From assembly GCA_951406725.2 (NCBI GenBank), contig OX597828.1, forward strand, positions 33,170,001 through 33,234,000: a stretch of 64,000 nucleotides of DNA. Direction: 5' to 3'. Both the position numbers and the translations under genes were made by a program. Position 1 is the stretch's first letter, and each line of letters starts with the position of its first letter. The DNA comes from Octopus vulgaris. Lineage: Eukaryota. The notes beneath the pieces were generated by a model that was given only the letters and a program-made list of their open reading frames with translations, was not told where the DNA came from and made no database searches. This document shows, in pieces, positions 53,654 through 64,000 of the stretch.

Positions 53654-53906
53654 CAGATGGACGAACGAACGACCGGACTATGGGACAGACAGACAAGCAG
53701 GTAGACAGACAGACATGCAGGCAGGTAGGCGGGTAGGCAGGTAGACAGACAGATCGACAGGCAGACAAATAGATACATACATACATACATACATACATAC
53801 ATACATACATACATACATACATACATACATACATACATACATACATACATACATACATACATACATACATACATACATACATACATACATACATACATAC
53901 ATACAT
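53370..53906. repeat. (GATA)/(GACA)/(ATAC) compound microsatellite with a local duplication
   Basis: GGGACAGAC..ACAAGCAGG block occurs near 53450 and near 53682. Confidence 0.9.
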
Positions 53907-54270
53907 CTCTTAGATAGATAAATTTACATACAAGTAACGGGAATATGATTACACAAAAAAGAGCGTGATTTAAGTTAATACACCAAAAAAGGATTTATGA
54001 TCTTCATCCTCTTTGAGAACATAGGTCATAAATACATAATTCCGTAATAAATCTTTTCAAACATCCAGACACTGTACATTTCAGATATGTCGTAGATGTC
54101 TGAACAAAATATCAACATTATATCAAATTAGCTTTGAATATTAGTGGAACTGACTTATTTAACTGTATGACTCTATTTCTTTAAACCCCAGACATTCAAT
54201 ATAGATAATTAAGTTCGTATGAAAAAGTAATAGCAAGAAAATCATAATAATTGTAGCTTCTTATGAAAAT

Positions 54271-54322
<52 letters not shown>

Positions 54323-54458
54323 GTTGACATTTTAGTTGGCCTCTCCTAATAAAAGTTTAAACGATGCTTATTGGCCGGCTAATAAAACGAAATATACGTT
54401 CGCACGTATATTTGTCTATGTGTATATGTGTGTGTATGGATGTATATATATGTCTATA

Positions 54459-54506
<48 letters not shown>

Positions 54507-54625
54507 ATATATATACCTTAATATATATATATACGTGTGTGTGTGTGTATTTGTGTACATATATATATATAAATACATACAAACATACACATATATATAT
54601 ATGTATGTGTGTTTATATATACATT

Positions 54626-54687
<62 letters not shown>

Positions 54688-54962
54688 TCTATATATTATA
54701 TTGTGTGTGTTGTGTGTGTGTGTATTTGTGTGTCTCTGTGTGTGTGTGCACATAGGTATAGTATATCAGTATTTAGGAAATCGAGGTAAAGTTCAAACGA
54801 CAGTAACAAAACGTCCGATTGTCCGCCCAAGGATAATCGATGGCAACAGTCGTTGGTGAGTTGGAAACTGTTCAGGGGGAAAGAAAACTACAAAGTAAAT
54901 ATTTAGACACCTACCTGCAGGGACATCACAATTTGATTTTACGTTTAATGGTTTAACTCTTG

Positions 54963-55100
<138 letters not shown>

Positions 55101-55271
55101 GTATGTATTTATGTATATTCGTATTTATGTATGTACGTTTGTATGGATGGATGTTATATGTATGTGCGTATATATGCATAAATAAATATACATGTGCGTA
55201 TATTTAAATACATACATATATGCATATGTATATGCGCATGATTATATATGTGTATATGTATGAATGTGGAC

Positions 55272-55380
<109 letters not shown>

Positions 55381-56359
55381 CAGAGACAGATAGAAAAATA
55401 GATAGATAGATGATGGATGGATAGATGAATTGATGGATAGATAAGTGACAGGTTCAAAAGGACAATGTCACATACTTAAAACATATTACTGAAAGCAAGA
55501 AGTCTTAGAATGATGGCTGATGGAATTTGTAGAGCGTCGAAAGGATTTAATCCAAAATCTCTGTGATCTGATATCTAATACTACTGAGGCCTCCTCTGCC
55601 TTTCTTCCTTTCAAGATCGATAAACAATACCAATTCCAAGAAGTGGATTATTGGAAATTTAAACACGTCAGATCGAATGCCTTGCAGAGTTCGTTTCAGG
55701 TGTTAGCGTTCTGAATTCAAATACCTCCATGGCCTACCTGAATGGTAGATTTAATCCGTCCCTCTATTAAAGAACACTTCTTGATTGCCATTATAGATAA
55801 CTTTAGCGGATTCCTCTTCATTTGCAAGTTAAAACTCCCGAATGGAAAAGGATCATGACCACTGCGTTCCTTCCTGTTTGGAGGATTAAGAATAACCGTG
55901 AATCACACAAAATCTATTCTGATTCGATCAAGACCTGCGTAAGGAAGTGGAGAGTTAATCCTGTGCAGCTGGTTAAACAGAGAAGGAAGGACACATGGGT
56001 AAAGAATTTTTGGTGCCACACAAATGGTAAGGCTTTTGTAGTTCAAATGGTGTGGTTGTACGCAATTCAAATATGGCGTAGATGGCAGATTTATTTATAA
56101 ATGCTAGCGTTGATTGTAATAACGAATTTTGATAGTCATTAAATTAGCATTTGCTGTATAGCTTCAGTAAGTTAGGTGGCGATGCTGACAATGAAAAATG
56201 TTTGTTAACGTAGTTCAGTAGCACCCATCCGGGGTCCGTATGTCCTTTGGGGATTCATAAGATACTCGTGGATTGCATAACATATGGTTGCTAAAATTTA
56301 TATTAGCAATACATTGATTACACTCTTATTAAGATGCACAAATGAAATTTCCTTTCTAT

Positions 56360-56540
56360 TCTAGTCCCAAGGCCTGAAAGTTTGTGGAGTGGGCTCACCG
56401 ATTATATCGACTGGTAATCGTTTTATCAACCCCGAAACGATAAAAGGTAAAGACGACCCCGGTGGCATTTGAACTCAGAACATCAAGTCGGACGAAATGC
56501 GGCTAAGCATGTCACCCAGCGCGCTACCAGCTTGCCGCCT
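56360..56540 (-). mobile_element. SINE B1, diverged (another at 58985-59198)
   Basis: Reverse-complement B box TTTGAACTC and head CCAGCTTGCCGCCTT. Confidence 0.7.
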
Positions 56541-57022
56541 TGGAATTCCTAATAATATTTAATTGTCGCTAGAAGATGGTAAGGGTTCGCTCCCTTGCTT
56601 GCAATATATATGGGATTCAAATTGCATCGATAACTGCCTAGAGAGGTAGTAAACTCGGTTCTTACGGAACAACCATGCTGAGGTGGCGACAAACATTATT
56701 TCTTAGTATAGATACTACTTTCATATCGTACAGAGATTTTCCAACTAACTAGTTTGCTTATAATAGAATTTCTTAAACATTAAATGGCTATGGGAGAGGG
56801 TAGCATTATACCGAGTAAAAGAAGTGTCAAAGGGCTCAATAAGCAAAATATGGTTGAGAACCACTAGTGTAGATGGTTGTGAGCATAATCGAGATGCGGG
56901 TAGAGGGACTGCTGCAATAAAGTGGACGGGTGATATTGGACGAATAAACACGGACTCAGAAAAATAGTCGGTTAGGGAACAGAAACGGACGCGCAAGTAC
57001 GCATTCATACACGGACATATAC

Positions 57023-57064
<42 letters not shown>

Positions 57065-57071
57065 ATATATA

Positions 57072-57234
57072 GGCGCAGGAGTGGCTGTGTAGTAAGTAGC
57101 TTGCTAAGCAACCACATGGTTCCGGGTTCAGTCCTACTGCGTGGCACCTTAGACGAGTGTCTTGTAGTATAGCCTTAGATCGACCAGAGACTTTTGAGTG
57201 GATTTGGTAGATGGAAACTGAAAGTAGCCCGTCG

Positions 57235-57300
<66 letters not shown>

Positions 57301-57525
57301 TGTGTGCTTGTGTGTCCGTTTTTTTGTCCCCCACACCATCGCTTGACAACCGATGCTGATCTGTTTACATCGCCATAATTTAGTGGTTCGGCAAAAGAGA
57401 CCGATAGAATAAGTACTAGGCTTACAAAGAATAAGTCCTGCGATCGATTTGCTCGACTAAATGTGGTGCTCCAGTATGGCCGCAATGAAATGACTGAAAC
57501 AAGTAAAAGAGTAAAAGAATATAAG
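57072..57525 (+). mobile_element. SINE family A, full length
   Basis: Complete head to (TAAAAGAG)n tail. Confidence 0.87.
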
Positions 57526-57628
57526 AATAATTATATACCCGTTTATACACTTATATAATTGTTGCATATTATGTTATTCATATTACATACAGACAAATAC
57601 AGACACAAACATTCACACATATATCGTT

Positions 57629-57675
<47 letters not shown>

Positions 57676-57698
57676 TATATTGTTTGATATTATATATA

Positions 57699-58148
57699 GG
57701 CATGGTTGTGTGATAAGAAACTCGTTTCCTAGTAACATAGTTTCAGGCCGTGGAGGCGCAATGGCCCAGTGGTTAGGGCAGCGGACTCTTTCACCACAAC
57801 TTTCTCTCACTCTTACTTCCTGTTTCTGTTGTACCTCTATTTCAAAAGGCCGGCCTTGTCACTCTCTGTGTCACGCTGAATATCCCCGAGAACTGCGTTA
57901 AGGGTACACGTGTCTGTGGAGTGCTCAGCCACTTACACGTTAATTTCACGAGCAGGCAGTTCTGTTGATTCGGATCAACCGGAACCCTCGTCGTCGTAAC
58001 CGACGGAGTGCTTCCATCATCCATCAGTTTTAAGCCAGCCCCAACTCGTGGCACATTGGGCAAGTGCCTTCTACTTTACTACATTCCAATGGTTTGTGAA
58101 TGGATTTGATGAGGGGAAGCTGAAAGAAGTCCATTGGATCTCTCTCAT

Positions 58149-58180
<32 letters not shown>

Positions 58181-58400
58181 TCATGTGTGTGTGTTTGTGT
58201 GTGTCCAATCCGTGTTGGTTTGTTTACGTCCGTGGTTTGTTTACGTCCGTGCAACCTAGCTGTTCGACAAAATGTTTCCGTTAGAATAAGTACTACGCTT
58301 TAAGAAAGTACTAGGATCGATCTGATCAATTAAACCCGTTAAGGCTGTGCCCCAGTATGACCGCACTCCAATGACTGAAACAAATAAAATACTGAAAGAA
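57699..58400 (+). mobile_element. Old SINE A with a nested, internally deleted SINE C (57750-58020)
   Basis: Host head split; degenerate duplication CATAGTTTCAGGCC / CATCAGTTTTAAGCC. Confidence 0.78.
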
Positions 58401-58543
58401 GAAAAAACAAAAGATAAATGGAGATCATTTGTAGGAACTTGTAATTCAGATCTTCCATTCAAATGTTGTGTAACTGGAAGTAGCATAAGACGTTTTTCAC
58501 TTAAGCAAGCTGGAACTTGCCATCTTCTCATGGTACCTCTTAC

Positions 58544-58850
58544 ATTATGGCGATCCATTGCGCTTTTTATATAATCGTGATTAATTAATTCAGAAATGAA
58601 ATCTATTTGGACAAAGGCTTCAGAAATTGCTTCTCTGATCATAGAAGGAATGTGGGTGCTCATAAATGCACGCTTTAGTTTATTTCTCAAATAATGCAGT
58701 GTAAAATTTGAAGGCAGAGCTGTTGACTGTCTATCCTTTGCCGAGGTATGCCAACACTTTGCAAACACTATTTTTGTTTCACTGAGCAATCTTAATTCAA
58801 GTAGAAGCACGTGCTCTATTATGCTTGTTCGACATGTTTTGTGTCTTCTG
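58544..58850 (-). other. Candidate coding exon of an unknown gene
   Basis: About 145 codons open in unique AT-rich sequence; acceptor-like CCTTTTCAATAG and donor-like GTAAGA; no recognisable domain. Confidence 0.25.
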
Positions 58851-60284
58851 CTATTGAAAAGGTTAACTGAGTAAACATTTTTATTTAAATACCGAATTTT
58901 AGTCCTGTAATATGTGTTTTTATAGCAAGACGAAAGAAAATAAATTTACAAGTTTCTTGGCAAAATATGTTCTAATATTCCATTCGGTTTCAAATTTTGG
59001 TACGGGGCTAGCATTTACGAGTAGGGGTTAAGCCGATTACATCAACCCATGTGCTCGACTAGTACTTGTTTCATCTATCTCGAAAGCATGGAAGGCAAAG
59101 TTGACCTCATCGGAATTTGAACTTAGAGCGCAACGACAGATGAAATGTCATTAACCATTTTGCCCGGCGTACTAAGAATCCTACCAGCTCACCACCTTAA
59201 TATATAAATGAAAAGCCTGATTATATTGCAGCGTATTCCTTAGCTTTATTTTACACTCACAAGGATTAGGACTAGTAATATATTGAATTTTATCTGAAAA
59301 GCTGCTATTGTGTTAAGCAAGTCTCTTCATAATAATAAGAAGCCTCAAAATAGTTAATTTCATGAGCACTTAATGAGCCTCTGACGAACATATCTATATC
59401 ACATGTATTTGTGAACAATAACGTCGTTTGTTATAATATTTCAACGGGTTAATCACCTATTCACTGTATTACTGAAATTGAGAAACCCTAGAGTGTGTCA
59501 GAGCAACTCGCGAGAAATAAATACCATATACTAATTTTCTTTTGCTAACAAATTTGTCAGCAACTTCGAGCCAATATGCCTATCATTCTTTGTCATACAC
59601 TCGATATCTCGCACACACTTATACGCAAAGTCAAGCGTTTTCTCGCAGAAAATTCACCAGCCTATAATGAGAGGAAAAAATATTTCGAATTGCGACAAAA
59701 AAGAGAATATGCACTCGTAAGAGGAATCTCTTAGGAGATGATAAAGAAGTATTAAATTGGAATTTTCTGAATTTATTCCTTTTTGGTCGTAAGAAGAAGG
59801 TAGAAAATTACAGATTTGGATTAAATCCTAGTTTGAAATAACATATTATAACTACTTTAAAAATAATATCCAGTACGAAATGCTTTTCTAGTTCGTCAGC
59901 ATAAATTCATATTTATTTTTATATAGTTATTAGATTTCAAATCCATTGGGTTCTTTTAGATATTTATTTGAGAATGACTCATGCTACAATTTTGAGAGAT
60001 AATATATGGATATGAATATGTGTCTCTTTGTGTGTGGATGGCGTGTGTATGTGTCAATAGGTATGTATTTGCACATATATATAACTATTCATATATAACT
60101 CTCTCTTTCTATATAATAATGTATATATACATTCATACATACATACGAGAAGTAATGCTATCCAGAAGACCCAAGGTGGCAGATAACGCTATGTAAGGGC
60201 CATGGAAAAACTGTAAAGAAACTCTCGGTTTGATAATAATATGAGTAAAGAGTCTGATGCGGGTTTTGTATGAACATTACTCTT

Positions 60285-60524
60285 TCTTTCTTTTACTCTT
60301 TTACTTGTTTCAGTCATTTCGCTGGGGCCATGATGGAGCACCGCCTTTAGTCGAAGAAATCGACCCCAGGACCTATTCTTGCTAAGCCTAGTACTTATTC
60401 TAACGGTCTCTTTTGCCGAACCGCTATGTTACATGGCCATAAACACACCAGCACCGGTTGTCAAGCAACAGTGGAGGACAAACACAGGCACACAACCATA
60501 CACACACACACACACACACACACA

Positions 60525-60609
<85 letters not shown>

Positions 60610-60772
60610 GATTGGTTTCTTTCAGTTTCCATCTAACAAATTCACTTACAAGGCCTCGGTCGGTCCGAAGCTATAGTAGAAGACGCTTGTCCGAGATGCC
60701 ACGTAGTGTGACTGAACTCGGAACCAGGTCGTTGGTAACCAAGCCTCTTACCATAAAGCTACTCTTGCGCCT
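60285..60772 (-). mobile_element. SINE family A, full length
   Basis: Reverse-complement match; CTCTTTTACTCTTTTACTTGTTTCAGTCATTT tail. Confidence 0.85.
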
Positions 60773-61070
60773 AGCATGTATATGTTAAATAAACTGAGAC
60801 AGCAAAGGTTTACACATGCATATACCAACAAACATATACATACATAGATATATACTTGTGCACACACACGCATTACCGTAAATGTATGCATATACGGATA
60901 CATGTGCGCATATATACACGCATAGATGCACACGTACATACACATATACGCCCACACACGTTCACACATACATAAACACATATATATATATATATATATA
61001 TACATATGCACATACATCCGCATGCGTGCACACATATATCCGCATACGTATGCGTATATGTATGCATATG

Positions 61071-61109
<39 letters not shown>

Positions 61110-61229
61110 GCGTGTGTGTGTGCGTGTATGTATGTGTACGTGTGCATGCATATGTGCGCACATGTATTCGTATATGCATGTATTTACGGGTATGCCTGTG
61201 TGTGCATATATATATAAATGTATTTCTAT

Positions 61230-62551
61230 ACTAGCTGGTGTACCCGGTAATTCCCGGGGGTGAAGATGTTCTATTGAAACACCTTATTACTCTGATATAA
61301 GAAAGTAATTTCTTTTTAACTGCCACAAATGGTGTATTTTCCGTCACGAAAAAGTACAAAAATATGTCAGCCGAAGGAGGAAGAGATTGTTGGAGATTGG
61401 CGAGAAAGATTGTCGGAGTTTGGTGAGAAATGTTATATAAATATATGAATGAAGTGTTTGAAGAAAGTGCAATAATAACGTTCACTCGCACTGATGGTCA
61501 CTCTTAGTAACTTCCTTTAGCTTACGGTGTTCTTGTTTTTATAACTACCAGAAAACAGCCTGAAGTATAGACATATGGTTGAGAACAAATGATTTCTTTG
61601 GAGGTATGTTACATCCATTCCAGCCAGTGGTAGCCTAGAAGAGGTTAGAAGGGTCAAGTGGCAAAGATATTATTCTGCTTAGCGAAAGCATCTGGGAAAT
61701 GTATAACAAGTGTCATTCACAGAAATACTATTCTTTTAATGTCAGAAAAGCGCTGTTGAAATGTCAAGTGCAATTTGGCAATAGAGGATCGAATCCATGC
61801 TACGCCTTCATGAAGCCACTACAAATACGTTGTGGAGTAAAAAAAGTACCTAGTATCATAGAAAAAGTATAACTGTAAGAATGCAGAATAATCGGAGTAA
61901 TAGGCGTTCAAAAAAGCATGTATGTATAGAAATGTGTGAATGAAGTCTTTAAGGTTTAAGATTCAAATTAATGAAATGCAATAATAATGATTAGTAGGTC
62001 AAAACTGTGAGTAGTGAAATGCAGAATTAGGTCGGCTGATCGTGAAAATCAAATATTGATTGCTTTGTTAAAAACTTCAGGTGGTATGGGTTATTTCCCT
62101 TGGGTTGTTTAAATAAAATATTAGTAATATATAGTAGATAGAAGGATCCAGTGGAAGAGACCTTTTATCGATTTTTTCAACAATCTAAATATGTCACGAG
62201 GTTTCCAGACACGAGGTCTACTCACGTGTCACATAAAGTGATATTTGCAAAAATTAGAAATTGGACACACAAAAATATCAATATTCAAAGTAATCGAACA
62301 TAAACAATGAAATGATTTCCCTTGAGTGTTTAAAAAATAGTGCAGATGCTATGGATTATTTCCCTTGGGTGTTTAAAAAAATTAAGTTATATGAGGTCAA
62401 TATAAAGGTCCCTTCCAAAGGGGCCGCATTATCAATTTTTTCAACAATCGAAGTATGTCACGGGTTTTCCAGACATGAGTTATACTCACTTGTCAAGACG
62501 TTAGCTAACAACTCCACAAACAAACACACACCAATTTTCCACTAATATGAT
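61230..62551. mobile_element. Probable non-autonomous Helitron/Helentron-like element with an internal direct repeat (period about 265 bp)
   Basis: End ACTAGCTGGTGTACCCGGTAATTCCCGGG (CTAG plus GC hairpin); repeat blocks at about 62050-62232 and 62320-62495. Confidence 0.45.
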
Positions 62552-63189
62552 TATGTTTCTGTGTGTGTGTTTGTATACGCATGTATATGCATGCATGTGT
62601 ATGTGCCTATATATGTGTATATGTGTATATATATGCATGCGTATGGGTTTAAATACACAACTATGCGGGCCTATGTAATAATGCATACACACACATATAT
62701 GCATATATGTGCGTGCTTATATCAATATACACTTCTTTCTTTCTTTCTCTCTGATTCCTCAACCCACACTATCACATTATACAGTAGAATAAACGTCTAT
62801 TTATTGAAACTTTACCATACTTAGTATTCTTCCCTTCCAATTTGTGGTTTACTACTCACTTTAGAAAATCTTCCTGTTATATCTTTTTCTGTACCCGTCC
62901 CTTCCAGCATATCACACAACCTCCCACATATTACTTACTTACATCCTTATCTCTTCCTACACTTCGCTACTCCCAATACCTCATAATATCTTGGCCATCA
63001 ACTAACACTCCTTTCACTTTTTCATTTCCTTACACGTTTTCATTTTCCCTTCTATTCACTTTCTCTCCCTCTTTGTTTCCATGTTTTTTTTTCTCACCTT
63101 TTCTTTTGACCTCTATTCATTTTAACATACACATCTCTTCTTGCCTCTCAATCCACTTAATACTACTACGACATTCTCAAATATTCATT

Positions 63190-63600
63190 CACACCACAAG
63201 ACCTATTTGACTGAACAGCACATGGAAAATACGTCTCAACACTTTCCATTTGTGCTGACAAAATATAAATTCCTTTTGGAATTTACATATCACGGAGAGG
63301 AAGCATTTCTACCACTTCTACACACCACTTTCCTTGGATAATGGAACTGCAACTATAACAACCTTAAACAAATTTAATTTTATTTCTACATTCATTCTCC
63401 TATTTCCCTATATACTCCTTATTTGCTTTCTTTTCCAAAATAACTCCTTATAATGAACTCTAATATTTCTCTCTATTTATCCATCTCACGTCGTCTCTGA
63501 TGAAGGGATATCCTTAATATCCCAGAAACATTCCTTTATGAATATCCTGAAAATTCCACACGATAGTTGCTTTGTTGTGTCAGTTTATTTAATAGAAACA
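63190..63600 (+). mobile_element. Penelope-like 3' remnant with truncated hammerhead
   Basis: WKIRLNTFH-like remnant; CTGATGA-A-GGGATAT/ATATCCC-A-GAAAC at 63497-63529, stem III lost. Confidence 0.4.
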
Positions 63601-63639
63601 CATACAACACATACATATATATATATACATTTATATATC

Positions 63640-63797
63640 ACGGGCGCCTTTCAGTTTCAGCCTACGGAATCCACTCACAAAGATTGCATCGGCCTGTGGC
63701 TACAGTAGAACACACTTGCCTAATGAGCCACGTAGTGAGACTGAGCCGGAAACCATGTTGTAAGTCAGCTCTACTTACCACGCAGCCACTCCTGCCC
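63640..63797 (-). mobile_element. SINE family A, 5' half
   Basis: CAGCCACTCCTGCCC head and CACTTGCC CORE-like segment. Confidence 0.75.
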
Positions 63798-63837
<40 letters not shown>

Positions 63838-63932
63838 GTATGTGTGTATGTATGTATGTATGTATGTATGTATGTATGTATGTATGTATGTATGTATGTA
63901 TGTATGTATGTGTGTATATGTATGTATGTATG

Positions 63933-63996
<64 letters not shown>

Positions 63997-64000
63997 AATT

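Overview
AT-rich, microsatellite-dense eukaryotic DNA, most likely octopus/cephalopod intronic or intergenic sequence (inferred from the SINE families and repeat make-up). No host gene can be called with confidence. The only long intact ORFs belong to a young, 5'-truncated CR1/L2-group LINE (30351-34140, minus strand; CCCH-finger ORF1 and a 1007-aa APE+RT ORF2). The rest is four tRNA-derived SINE families, four mariner elements or MITEs, a decayed hAT, RTE and R4/Dong LINE 3' fragments, a probable non-autonomous Helitron, and simple repeats that generate almost all of the short ORFs. Three observations stand out. (1) About 20 type I hammerhead-ribozyme motifs, read by eye, occur in unrelated sequence contexts; some have intact cores, some have compensatory N3-N8 swaps, and many sit in inverted-repeat elements resembling Penelope-like pseudo-LTRs. 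(2) The LINE 3' UTR matches the tail of the commonest SINE, with a covarying stem-loop, suggesting a LINE-SINE partner pair. (3) One SINE subfamily appears to insert preferentially into tRNA-like SINE heads. All calls were made by eye without alignments; coordinates of degenerate repeats are approximate.
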